The translations under genes and the position numbers were made by a program. Positions 39,595 to 49,216 of a stretch of DNA of 64,000 nucleotides are shown here, one piece after another; the stretch's first letter is position 1, and each line of letters opens with the position of its first letter. The notes under the pieces were generated by a model. That model was given only the letters and a program-made list of their open reading frames with translations. It did no database searches and was not told where the DNA came from. The stretch is from Sedimentisphaeraceae bacterium JB056 (lineage in GTDB: Bacteria > Planctomycetota > Phycisphaerae > Sedimentisphaerales > Sedimentisphaeraceae), in NCBI GenBank assembly GCA_044440125.1, contig JBITAJ010000004.1:96001-160000 (forward strand), written 5' to 3'.

Positions 39595-40737
39595 TTATTT
39601 ATACTTATGCTGCTTGCGGTATGCCATTGGGCTGATGCCGGCTTCCTGCTTGAAGTAGCGTGCGAAGTGATCTATACCTGGGAAATCCATGGATTCTGCT
39701 ATCTGGGAAATACTCATATCCGTTTCCATAAGCATCATGATTATATTACGGGTCCTTGCGGCACGTATCTCTTTTAGCACAGAGCTGTTGAGTACACGGC
39801 GGAACCGTTTTTCGAGTACGCGGCGTGATACAGCACTCGCCTCAGCAACATCCTCGACAGTTATATTGCGGCGGCTGCAATCCCTTATGAATCGCATAGC
39901 CTCTGCAACCGTATCATCCTCAACGGCAAGTATATCAGTGGAATGTCTCTGCACGATATAGGTGGGTTGAATCACAATTTCCTCATCCGATGTCAAATGA
40001 CCGCTTTTCATCAGGTTGTCAAGCACCTGAGCAGCCCTGAAACCGGCACTTTCACTGTCAAGAGCGATACTGGAAAGTTGCGGCTCACAAAGATCGCAAA
40101 CAATATCGTCATTATCAACCCCCAAGACAGCCACATCATCAGGAACACGCAAACCTGCCATCCTGCATGCCTCTATTACATGCCGCCCCTGCTCATCGTT
40201 ACCGGCCAGAACACCGAGTGGTTTTTCAAGCTCACTTAACCATTGGGAAAGAAGCTGCTGGCGATGCTGCCAGGATTTTTTGCGGGTACCTTTGACCGGG
40301 AAAAAATCCATCTTACACCCCTTTTCTGCCACATAATCACCAAAGGCATCCCCTCTTCTCTTAGTCCATTCTGCATCAATCAGGCAATAATACGCAAAAT
40401 TCTTGAAACCTTTTTCAAGAAAGTGCTTGGCCGCCATCTGCCCGATCAGTTCACCGTTGGCAGATATTCGGGGACGACCTTTCAGTTTCATTTCCTTTGT
40501 AACAGACGGAATGCCGAGTTTTTTGATTCTTTCAGCCGAAACCGTATTGATTATATTGGCAATGATTCCATCGGCCTTCCAGTTCGAAAGGTTTGGAATA
40601 GCTTCTTTGCCGCCCGGTTCACTGTAAAAACGCCACGGCCCGTTAACGCGCGCATAGCGGGCAATACCACGCAGAAGATCGCGACCTAAAGACCTTGAAC
40701 TCTCTATGGATAAAATTACCTTGGGGTTACCGTCCAT
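39595..40737 (-). CDS. XylR-type regulator (periplasmic-binding-protein-like domain + AraC HTH)
   Basis: VPDDVAVLGVDND, LSSI, C-terminal HFARYFK...SPMAYRK. Confidence 0.92.
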   Translation of the reverse strand: MDGNPKVILSIESSRSLGRDLLRGIARYARVNGPWRFYSEPGGKEAIPNLSNWKADGIIANIINTVSAERIKKLGIPSVTKEMKLKGRPRISANGELIGQMAAKHFLEKGFKNFAYYCLIDAEWTKRRGDAFGDYVAEKGCKMDFFPVKGTRKKSWQHRQQLLSQWLSELEKPLGVLAGNDEQGRHVIEACRMAGLRVPDDVAVLGVDNDDIVCDLCEPQLSSIALDSESAGFRAAQVLDNLMKSGHLTSDEEIVIQPTYIVQRHSTDILAVEDDTVAEAMRFIRDCSRRNITVEDVAEASAVSRRVLEKRFRRVLNSSVLKEIRAARTRNIIMMLMETDMSISQIAESMDFPGIDHFARYFKQEAGISPMAYRKQHKYK

Positions 40738-40856
40738 ATCAATCTTTCAACAACAATTCCGTTTTCTAAAAGTAAAGCACTCAATGGAATAATAGCACAA
40801 AACCGTGCAAAACTCAAGATATTCGCCCCTTTTTACCAATAAGAAAAAACATGCAC

Positions 40857-41918
40857 TCAAGACTTATTCGAAAGATGTTTCTTATATATCCCTGTGCCGA
40901 GTATAAACAGCAATACAACAGCACTTGTATTCTCTATCCAATCGGGCATCATGAACATGCTGTGTTGAATAACATCGATACCAACCTCAAAGGCAAGATA
41001 GTCAACGACAAGCCCTGAAGCAACAGCACACACTATCACTGTCAGCATATAGGTGATTGCGGTTCTGGGCCCAAACTGTTTCCATACGATTGTATATGAA
41101 GCCGCATTAGTAGCAGGTCCTGTCATGAGAAATACCAAGGCTGCCCCGGGAGAGAGCCCCTTCATTATCATTGCCGCCGCAATAGGAACCGATGCCGAAG
41201 AACACACATATATAGGCATACCGATAAACACCATCGCGATAAGAGCCAAAGGCCCCCGACCAAGATTACCTGCAAAAAAGTCTTCAGGTATCAAGGCAGT
41301 AAGAAGTGCCGCTATCACAAGACCGGCAAGCATAGCCGCCGCACTGTCCTTCGGCAAATCGACAAAACCATACTTCAAACCGCCAAACCATGCTTTTATG
41401 CTCATGAATTTAGATTTTTCAGCCGCTTTTTCCGTCTTCTCAGATTCACAGCAGCAATCCTTATCAGGAGAGGTCTCCTTTGCGTCTACGTCTGCTTCTT
41501 TATCATCATCTTTCGCGAAATTAACTGCCAGACCGCCAATAATACCGGTAAAGAAAGTAATTATCGGCCTTATGATCGCGAAAACAGGGCCAAGCAACGC
41601 ATAAGTTACCGCAATACTGTCAACACCGGTCTGCGGCGTAGACAACAGAAACGATATACACGCACCTTTACCGGCACCGCTTTTCTGCAGCGACATAGTA
41701 ACCGGCAAAACACCGCATGAACACAAAGGCAGCGGGATGCCGAAAATACTTGCCTTGACCACTGAGCCAAGGGATGAACCGCCAAGATGACGCCGCACCG
41801 TATCGGCTGATATCACAACCGACAAAATCCCAGCAATCGCAAACCCGAATATAAGATAAGGCGACATCTCGCCGAGTATCGACCAGAATTCCTTGAATAA
41901 ATCATTTATAAAAGACAT
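40857..41918 (-). CDS. DUF318/ArsP-type permease (SO_0444-like metal efflux)
   Basis: PLPLCSCGV, STPQTGVDS, PIYVCSSASVP, MTGPATN. Confidence 0.85.
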   Translation of the reverse strand: MSFINDLFKEFWSILGEMSPYLIFGFAIAGILSVVISADTVRRHLGGSSLGSVVKASIFGIPLPLCSCGVLPVTMSLQKSGAGKGACISFLLSTPQTGVDSIAVTYALLGPVFAIIRPIITFFTGIIGGLAVNFAKDDDKEADVDAKETSPDKDCCCESEKTEKAAEKSKFMSIKAWFGGLKYGFVDLPKDSAAAMLAGLVIAALLTALIPEDFFAGNLGRGPLALIAMVFIGMPIYVCSSASVPIAAAMIMKGLSPGAALVFLMTGPATNAASYTIVWKQFGPRTAITYMLTVIVCAVASGLVVDYLAFEVGIDVIQHSMFMMPDWIENTSAVVLLFILGTGIYKKHLSNKS

Positions 41919-42146
41919 AATCCCTCCATTTAACTAAATCATAGCAATTAATTCTTCAATGTACTATATAGTAATACGCTTCTCACCAAACTTTGTTTAC
42001 ATTACACCTACTATACCCGATTATAGGATTTAACACAAGTATTTACGATTAATGTATAACTGATGAAAATTTTAATTGATTCGCAGAGATCAATGGATAT
42101 ATTGATAGAAGTTGTAGTAATTATAATTCAATCAAGGAGTAATATT

Positions 42147-42926
42147 ATGTCTAAACAGAAAATATTGTTATTATCATTGGCATTCGCCTGCGTTATTCTC
42201 AGCGGCTGCTCAACCACCCCTGCCGTTAACCCATGCGATGTGGAGATGAATTCACACTCGGCGGTAACTCCCGCACCACGCGACCATGACTGGTGGATAC
42301 CGCGTCATGAGAAGGTTTTAGCGAGAATAAAAGAAGGTAACGCAAACCTGATATTCATCGGCGACTCTATCACTCACGGCTGGGAAGGCTCAGGAAAGGA
42401 TATATGGGCAGAGTATTACGCACCGCACGGTGCGGTAAATATGGGCTTCGGCGGTGACCGTACACAGCACGTGCTCTGGCGTCTTGATAACGGCGAAATT
42501 GACGGAATAAATCCAAAGCTGGCCGTAATAATGATCGGTACTAACAACTCCAACGGCACAGACAACACTGCCGAGGAAATCGCCGACGGCATCAAGGCCA
42601 TCGTATGCAAGCTTCGCACAGACCTGCCGGAAACAAAAGTACTTATCCTCTCAATCTTCCCAAGAGGCGATAAAGAGCAGCGTGCCGATAAAAATGCTGA
42701 TGCAGCATACAACCCGCAATGGGAAAAGAACGACAAGGCAAGCGAGCTGGCATCAAAAATGGCTGACAACAAGATGATTTATTATCTTGATATCAATGAT
42801 GCGTTCCTTGATGAGAACGGAACCCTCACAAGAGAGATCATGCCCGACCTCCTCCATCCAAAGGAAAAAGGCTACAAACTCTGGGCCGAGGCTATGGAGC
42901 CGACAATTGAAAAGCTGATGAAATAA
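42147..42926 (+). CDS. SGNH/GDSL esterase lipoprotein (PAF-acetylhydrolase IB-like)
   Basis: Lipobox LSGC, FIGDSIT, GGDRTQH, IGTNN, PDLLHP; start ATG 42147 with AAGGAG. Confidence 0.92.
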   Translation: MSKQKILLLSLAFACVILSGCSTTPAVNPCDVEMNSHSAVTPAPRDHDWWIPRHEKVLARIKEGNANLIFIGDSITHGWEGSGKDIWAEYYAPHGAVNMGFGGDRTQHVLWRLDNGEIDGINPKLAVIMIGTNNSNGTDNTAEEIADGIKAIVCKLRTDLPETKVLILSIFPRGDKEQRADKNADAAYNPQWEKNDKASELASKMADNKMIYYLDINDAFLDENGTLTREIMPDLLHPKEKGYKLWAEAMEPTIEKLMK

Positions 42927-42948
42927 CCAAATTTCAAATCAAACAGTC

Positions 42949-42984
42949 AAAGACCTCCGCATGTAAAATAAGCGGAGGTCTTTT
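42949..42984 (+). terminator. Rho-independent terminator
   Basis: AAAGACCTCCGC...GCGGAGGTCTTTT. Confidence 0.8.
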
Positions 42985-43032
42985 AGATTGAACAAAATAT
43001 AACGTTAAATATTTCAGATTAAGGAGACTTTT

Positions 43033-43488
43033 TTGAAGATTGAACTTAACCTCAAACATAAACTTAAAGAAATATTCACTTCTCAGAAGCTGGGAATTCT
43101 TGCGACCGAAAATAATAGGGTTCCCTATACAAGCGTTGTTGCTTTTGTATGCTCTCAAGATATGAAGCAAATACTGTTTGTTACGCCTGAAAAGACCCAG
43201 AAATTTAAAAACATAATCGCTAATCCAAATGTTGCGATATTTTTTGATAATCGTTCAAATCAAGCCAGAGACTTCAAAGAGGCTATTGGAATTACGGCCA
43301 CTGGTCTTGCAAGACAGATTTCTAAGGATAGCTCGAATATACTTGTTCAAGCTTATTTGACGAAGAATCCAGAGCTTGAATCTTTTTTAGCATCAAAAGA
43401 TTCAGTCATATTGTGTATTGATGTCAATTCATATCATATTGTCGAAAATTTTCAGGATGTTACAAAAATCAATATCAAGTCGGAATGA
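43033..43488 (+). CDS. Pyridoxamine 5'-phosphate oxidase-like FMN-binding protein
   Basis: ILAT...PYTSVVAF...T.K..NI.ANPNV. Confidence 0.85.
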   Translation: MKIELNLKHKLKEIFTSQKLGILATENNRVPYTSVVAFVCSQDMKQILFVTPEKTQKFKNIIANPNVAIFFDNRSNQARDFKEAIGITATGLARQISKDSSNILVQAYLTKNPELESFLASKDSVILCIDVNSYHIVENFQDVTKINIKSE

Positions 43489-43526
43489 TTGGTTCAGAAT
43501 ATTACTTGATTTCAAGTATTTGGATG

Positions 43527-44330
43527 TCAGGTGTATTTTTTGTCGATCAGTCTCTCATCCTTTTTGATATTGTCTATTTTTTTCATATCCTCACAGCTTA
43601 ACTCCCAATCGAGTTCCATATTCTCTCTGAGGTGTTTCTCACTGGAAGCCTTGGGTATAACTATATGCCCGTTCTGAATGAGCCATTTCAGGCTCACCTG
43701 CGAGGGCGTTTTCGAATGTTTTTCCGCTATCTCTTTGAGAGTTTCGTCCTCGAACACCTCGCCGCGTGCCAGCGGGCTGTATGCGGTTATGGCTATGCCT
43801 TGCTCTTTGCAGTATTGCGGCAGTTCGTGCCGATTTGTGAATGGATGGAATTCTATCTGCAGGTTGCAGATGGGGATTTGTGCCGCTTCCTGAGCCTTCT
43901 TTATGCGGCTCACATCGAAATTACTCAGCCCACAGCTCCTGATCATCTTTTTATCGACAAGCTCTTCCATCGCCTGCATTGTTTCCTCAATCGGAATATC
44001 GTCATTTGGCCAGTGCACAAGATAAAGGTCAAGATAATCGGTGCCAAGCTTATCCAGCGATCTCTGGCAGGCTTCGATCACATCATTCTTCTTAAGGTGG
44101 GACTTGGCGACCTTGGAAGTAATGAATATCTTCGACCTATCAGCGCCCTTTATGCCCTCGCCAACTTCTTGCTCGTTTTCGTACATCTCCGCGGTATCGA
44201 TATGAATATAGCCCATTTCCAACGCCTGTGCAACTGTCTTCTCGCAATCTTTGCCGGTCAGTTTCCATGTCCCAAGCCCTAATACAGGCATTTCGTATCC
44301 GCTTTTGAGTTTGAGTTTCCGTTCGGTCAT
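43527..44330 (-). CDS. Aldo/keto reductase
   Basis: GLGTW, IDTAEMY, DLYLVHWP, GLSNF, YSPLARG, VIPK. Confidence 0.95.
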   Translation of the reverse strand: MTERKLKLKSGYEMPVLGLGTWKLTGKDCEKTVAQALEMGYIHIDTAEMYENEQEVGEGIKGADRSKIFITSKVAKSHLKKNDVIEACQRSLDKLGTDYLDLYLVHWPNDDIPIEETMQAMEELVDKKMIRSCGLSNFDVSRIKKAQEAAQIPICNLQIEFHPFTNRHELPQYCKEQGIAITAYSPLARGEVFEDETLKEIAEKHSKTPSQVSLKWLIQNGHIVIPKASSEKHLRENMELDWELSCEDMKKIDNIKKDERLIDKKYT

Positions 44331-44547
44331 AATAAATACCTTTCTTATGTTGATTGATTCTTATTGCACCTTCTACTTTACAATAATCATCAGCTCATAT
44401 ATATAGGTATTTTCCTTATTTGAGCTTAAGCGATTACTTAAAACTCTTACGATAAGTTAAAAGGGAACTGGGACTAATGAATTCAATAAGCGGAATAACA
44501 CTGCACGCAAATACACAACAAGTGTTGTTTAATTGACATATCATAAA

Positions 44548-44658
44548 AACGGCACGCTCACAAGAGCCCTAATGCCCGGCCTGCTCCACCTGAACAAAGA
44601 AGCCTATAAAGCATGGGCCCAGGCTATGGAACCAACAATCGAAAAACTAATGGAATAG
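44548..44658 (+). pseudogene. 3' remnant of a second SGNH/GDSL esterase gene
   Basis: NGTLTRALMPGLLHLNKEAYKAWAQAMEPTIEKLME* aligns with the C-terminus of 42147..42926; in-frame stop at 44530-44532 upstream. Confidence 0.85.
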
Positions 44659-44678
44659 GTTGAAAATCAGAGAGTGCA

Positions 44679-45779
44679 CTATGCATTAATATACTTTGGT
44701 GGAATATTATTTAAGACATCCTTTTCTATGAGATTTCGCAACTGATAATGTTGTATAAATTTCATGTGCTGAAGCTGTCCAACTACCAGAGCCGGTGATA
44801 TTTTTGCCTGCTCAGAGTATTTTTTGACTTTGGTTGATGTTATCTTCTCGCCATTAAATTTTTTGAATATTTCTTCATTCTTTATTGCTCTTTGCGCAAA
44901 AAGATTCGCTTCTTCTTCCTGATTATTTGCGTACATATTTTCGCAATCTATAAAGAACGCTGACTTTTTTCTAAAGTGCAGCAAAATATGAGCTATCTCA
45001 TGAGCAACCGTAAACCAGAAATTATCACAGCGTTTATACCGACCGGTCCATACAATGACAGGATTATCTCCATCCCAAAATGCTGCACCATCAGTATATG
45101 TCTTTCCAAGATGGTTCAAAGTAAAGAATTTTACACCGGCATCATTCAGATCTTCAATAAATTGCTCTATCCCATTATCAAGCCAGGAATATTCGCTGAT
45201 TTTTTTTGATATCGCGATAAGTTTTTTCTTGCTGTATTCCGCTGCAGTATAATTTAGTGCTGTTTTTTTAGCTTGATGATACCACGTAAGAGCAAAATAC
45301 TGATTGTATTTACTGAAAGCTTCAGACTTCCTGAACGCAGGAGGACTCTGCGCTTCCATAAAAGAAAAGTCTAATTCAGTTATTCCCCAAAACCCCTTTA
45401 CACTATCAACAAGCCTATTGATATTATGGTTCCACTTATCTATCCAACCCTTTTTTACCATATCAGCAATTGGCATATAGGTATATATTTCAGCCTTTAT
45501 TTGCGCATCTGTTTTTTTTATCGGCACCTCTTCCTGCCGCAATATATAATTATTATACAGGTTAAGCCAGTATTGAGCAGATTGGTTAAATGCCTGCGAC
45601 AATAGTTTCGCCATCTCAATCGTTATTGGACGTGTATCATGAATAAGTCCACTAACGTGCGTCTGACTTACGCCTATAATGTTAGCCAGATCGCTTTTAG
45701 ACCAACCCCTTTCTTCAAGCTCTTCTTCAATGAAGAAGCCGGGACCAATATTTATGAATGGTTTATATTTTGAAGCCAT
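44679..45779 (-). CDS. higA: HigA-family antitoxin fused to an ImmA/IrrE-type zinc metallopeptidase domain
   Basis: PG.FI.EELEERGW...AQYWLNL HTH; DNFWFTVAHEIAH (HExxH); EEEANLFA. Confidence 0.88.
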   Translation of the reverse strand: MASKYKPFINIGPGFFIEEELEERGWSKSDLANIIGVSQTHVSGLIHDTRPITIEMAKLLSQAFNQSAQYWLNLYNNYILRQEEVPIKKTDAQIKAEIYTYMPIADMVKKGWIDKWNHNINRLVDSVKGFWGITELDFSFMEAQSPPAFRKSEAFSKYNQYFALTWYHQAKKTALNYTAAEYSKKKLIAISKKISEYSWLDNGIEQFIEDLNDAGVKFFTLNHLGKTYTDGAAFWDGDNPVIVWTGRYKRCDNFWFTVAHEIAHILLHFRKKSAFFIDCENMYANNQEEEANLFAQRAIKNEEIFKKFNGEKITSTKVKKYSEQAKISPALVVGQLQHMKFIQHYQLRNLIEKDVLNNIPPKYINA

Positions 45780-45885
45780 ATTTGATGCGTCCGACAAAAG
45801 TAGTAAATCGTAATTTTAATAGGTATTTCAAGCTCAATAACAGCAGTTTTGAGCGGCAATACCGACTTTCGTCGTTTGTACCATA

Positions 45886-46188
45886 TTAAACTACCGTAAT
45901 GGTTTGATAATTCAAGTATATAAAATACACTTTTGTCTTGTTTCTGTCTTCCCATTCAATCCTGAATTCCAGCCGCCATTTTTTATCTACCCTGATTGAA
46001 TGTCTATTCTTGTTGCGTAATTCTTGAAAATGCAATGAATTGGTTTTAGTTAAATTAAAAATATCAACTGCCGCATCAATTTGCAATATTCGTGCAGCAA
46101 ACTTTTTTATTACAGCAGGTGGGTATTTTCTTGACTTCCCCGTCTGGTATAGCTCTAACAGATCCTTATTTTCAAAATCCCACTCCAC
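45886..46188 (-). CDS. higB: HigB/RelE-family toxin, apparently frameshifted near the 3' end
   Basis: F.NKDL.ELY..GK, SLHFQEL, HSIRVDKKWRLEF; the expected ...ILELSNHYG ending lies in another frame. Confidence 0.75.
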   Translation of the reverse strand: MEWDFENKDLLELYQTGKSRKYPPAVIKKFAARILQIDAAVDIFNLTKTNSLHFQELRNKNRHSIRVDKKWRLEFRIEWEDRNKTKVYFIYLNYQTITVV

Positions 46189-46280
46189 TGTTACTCTTTC
46201 AAATTATATCATCCCCAATAGATATTGTCAACATCGTTTTACTTTTTTAGTAAAATATGACAAGCAAAAAAAACAAACCG

Positions 46281-47027
46281 CTACACCCTTCTTCTTAATG
46301 CAAGTCCACCTAAACCTAATAGTGCTAAAGTTGCAGGTTCTGGAACTACGCCTATATTTCCATCTGAAAAATATTGATTGTAATTACTATCTAAACTAAC
46401 TCCATTAACTCCTGCTTCGTTTTGCATATATAATTGAAGGAAATAATCTCCTGAATTGTTTTCTAAAACACCATTATTATTTACAGCAATTCCTGCATCA
46501 ACTAAAGGATCAGATGAAATAAAAGTTGAAACAATAGCATAATCTCCTTGTGTTGCAACTTTGAAAGTAAATCCTGGAATTAATCCATTATTAACTATTT
46601 CAACTGCACTTCCTGAAGTTCCTTGCGCATTCCAACCACAAGATTGATCTAATGTTCCATCAGAAGAAATAACTGAAGTATAAGCATTTGATATTCCTGC
46701 ATTATTTAAAATATCAGTTAAAGCACTAAAAGTATAATCTTGATTTAATAAAAAACTATCTCTGGTAAAATTACTATCGTTTACATTCATATATTCTATG
46801 ATGCAAATATTTCCATCTTCATCGATTTTATTGTCAACTCTAATGCTATATGTGCCATTATCACAAGTAACTATTTCACTTCTTCCAATATCGTTATATT
46901 CAATTCCATCAATATATCCACCTTTAAGAGCAGGATTAAGTAATAGCAAAACACCTGCAAGGACAGCCGTTTTGCTGAAAGTAGATGCCGCGATGCTTGT
47001 AAAAACAGCGAGTAAATTACCCCTCAT
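46281..47027 (-). CDS. PEP-CTERM sorting domain protein
   Basis: C-terminal VPEPATLALLGLGGLALRRRV. Confidence 0.9.
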   Translation of the reverse strand: MRGNLLAVFTSIAASTFSKTAVLAGVLLLLNPALKGGYIDGIEYNDIGRSEIVTCDNGTYSIRVDNKIDEDGNICIIEYMNVNDSNFTRDSFLLNQDYTFSALTDILNNAGISNAYTSVISSDGTLDQSCGWNAQGTSGSAVEIVNNGLIPGFTFKVATQGDYAIVSTFISSDPLVDAGIAVNNNGVLENNSGDYFLQLYMQNEAGVNGVSLDSNYNQYFSDGNIGVVPEPATLALLGLGGLALRRRV

Positions 47028-47196
47028 ACCAATACCTTTCGTTTTACCAATAAAAAGAGAACATTTAGTTTATCTTTACAATATAGATAATCATCATGCA
47101 ATGTCAAATTGATAATCAGGAATTACGGGAATTACGTGTTATCTGCAAACCGGCTAAAGAATAAAATACCGGCAAATATAAATTTGGGAGTTAGCA

Positions 47197-47221
47197 GAAC
47201 GCTGAGGACAGCGTTCCCTAC
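47197..47221 (-). repeat. GTAG-type REP-like hairpin
   Basis: Minus strand GTAGGGAACGCTGTCCTCAGCGTTC. Confidence 0.65.
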
Positions 47222-47421
47222 AAGCGAATCCCTTTGCGGCGGTTGCGGCTTTGCGTTAAAAATTATCAATTGAGTGCCTCTTTTTAGATTATTCTTTCCA
47301 AAAACGTGTTTTTTTTGTAATATATCGCTTTTAACAATTTGCGGGCACTGAATTTCTTAAACCCGCTCAAATATGATAATTACAGATAATTTTGGATTTA
47401 TTCTTTCAGGAGATAAATTAG

Positions 47422-49155
47422 ATGAGATACTCACAGGCATTAATACCTACGACCCGCGAAGTACCTAACGATGCGGAGATACCGAGCCATCAACTGATGA
47501 TTCGCGCGGGGCTTATCCGCAAGCTTGCCAGCGGCACATACACCTATCTGCCCGCAGGCCTTAAGACGCTGCAAAAGATACAGACAATCATCCGCGAAGA
47601 GATGAATGCTTCCGGCGCACAGGAACTTATGCTTCCAAGCGTCCAGCCGATGGAGCTTTGGCAGCAGACAGGCCGTGATGAAGCTTACGGCGAGACAATG
47701 GCACGCTTCAAAGACCGTCACGGCAGACTCAACGTTCTCGCCCCGACAGCCGAAGAAGTAATCACATTCGTAGGTGCAAATGAGATAAGCTCTTACAAGC
47801 AGTTGCCTGTAAACCTTTACCAGATAAGCTTTAAGTTCCGTGACGAGTTCAGGCCGCGTTTCGGCGTACTGAGAAGCCGTGAATTCCTCATGAAAGATGC
47901 CTACAGCTTCCATACAAGCCCTGAAAGTCTTCAGGAAACATACGAAGTAATGTACGATGCCTACAAACGCATATTCGAGCGTTGCGGCGTGCCTTACGTT
48001 ATCGTTGAGGCAGAGGCGGGCGAAATGGGCGGCAGCGGCTCACACCAGTTCACAGTGCCATGCGAATCCGGCGAAGACATCATCGTCTACACTGAAGACA
48101 GCGAATACGCCGCAAATATCGAAAAAGCCGCAGTTGATCCGCTCAAGAAAGCATGTTGCGGATGCGAAGTACCGCCGTGCAGCGAAGTACACACACCAAA
48201 CGTCGGCTCTATTGAATCAGTATGCGAGCTTTTGGGTACAAAGCCCGAAGAAATGATAAAGACACTCATCTATCAGATGTCTGACGAAAGAGTAGTTGTT
48301 GCTGTTCTCAGGGGTGACCATGAGATCAATGATGAGAAGATCACGCAGGCTCTTGGCGGCGAAAAACCCGAACTTGCGGAAGAAAACGTAATAACCGACA
48401 TCACAGAAGCCGCCGTAGGATTTGCCGGCCCTATGGGACTTGCAGAAAAGGTAGCAACTGTATTTATCGACCACGCTGTTGCGGCAATGTGCAAAGGCAT
48501 ATGCGGAGCCAACAAAACAGACTACCATATCAAAGATGTTGCACCAGGCAGAGACTTCCCGCTTGAAGGTGAAAATATCGTCGTTACAGACATCAGAAAT
48601 GCGGTTGAAGGCGACACATTGAACGGTAAGAAGCTGCTGTTCAGACGCGGTATTGAGGTAGGCCAAGTGTTCAAACTCGGCACAAAATACAGCTCAAAGC
48701 TTGATTGCGGATTCCTTGACGAAAACGGCAAACGTCAGGTATGCCTGATGGGCTGCTACGGAATCGGCGTAAACAGGATCATGGCCTCTGCAATCGAAAC
48801 AAGCTACGATGATGGCGGAATAATCTGGCCGATAAATATTGCTCCTTACGAAGTAGTAATCGCCCCTATCGGCAAGGATGATGAGACAGCGGCAGGCGAA
48901 GAGCTCTACAAGAAGCTGACCGCCGCCGGCATAGACTGCCTGCTTGACGACAGAAAAGCCAGAGCCGGCGTCAAACTCAACGATGCCGACCTGATAGGCG
49001 TACCGGTTAGAGTAACCATAGGCAAGAGAGCACTGGCAAACGGAAACGTAGAGATGAAACTCAGAAGAGAGGCTGACAACCGCGAAATACCTGTTGCTGA
49101 TGCCGCAGAAGAGATCATCAAGGCCGTTGAAGCTCTCAAAGCAGAGTTAAAATAA
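47422..49155 (+). CDS. proS: Proline--tRNA ligase
   Basis: SHQLMIRAG, LAPTAEE, FRDEFRPRFGVLRSREF, insertion editing domain, MGCYGIG. Confidence 0.97.
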   Translation: MRYSQALIPTTREVPNDAEIPSHQLMIRAGLIRKLASGTYTYLPAGLKTLQKIQTIIREEMNASGAQELMLPSVQPMELWQQTGRDEAYGETMARFKDRHGRLNVLAPTAEEVITFVGANEISSYKQLPVNLYQISFKFRDEFRPRFGVLRSREFLMKDAYSFHTSPESLQETYEVMYDAYKRIFERCGVPYVIVEAEAGEMGGSGSHQFTVPCESGEDIIVYTEDSEYAANIEKAAVDPLKKACCGCEVPPCSEVHTPNVGSIESVCELLGTKPEEMIKTLIYQMSDERVVVAVLRGDHEINDEKITQALGGEKPELAEENVITDITEAAVGFAGPMGLAEKVATVFIDHAVAAMCKGICGANKTDYHIKDVAPGRDFPLEGENIVVTDIRNAVEGDTLNGKKLLFRRGIEVGQVFKLGTKYSSKLDCGFLDENGKRQVCLMGCYGIGVNRIMASAIETSYDDGGIIWPINIAPYEVVIAPIGKDDETAAGEELYKKLTAAGIDCLLDDRKARAGVKLNDADLIGVPVRVTIGKRALANGNVEMKLRREADNREIPVADAAEEIIKAVEALKAELK

Positions 49156-49216
49156 TTGAGGTGTTGGCTAACGCTCTCGATTTTTACGGCTCACACCAAA
49201 AGTAAGCTGATAACAG

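Noticed and set aside
45752..45955. Independent 67-aa gene
   Set aside because: Better explained as the shifted frame holding the HigB C-terminus
47260..47421. T-box riboswitch upstream of proS
   Set aside because: No T-box consensus or terminator/antiterminator evident
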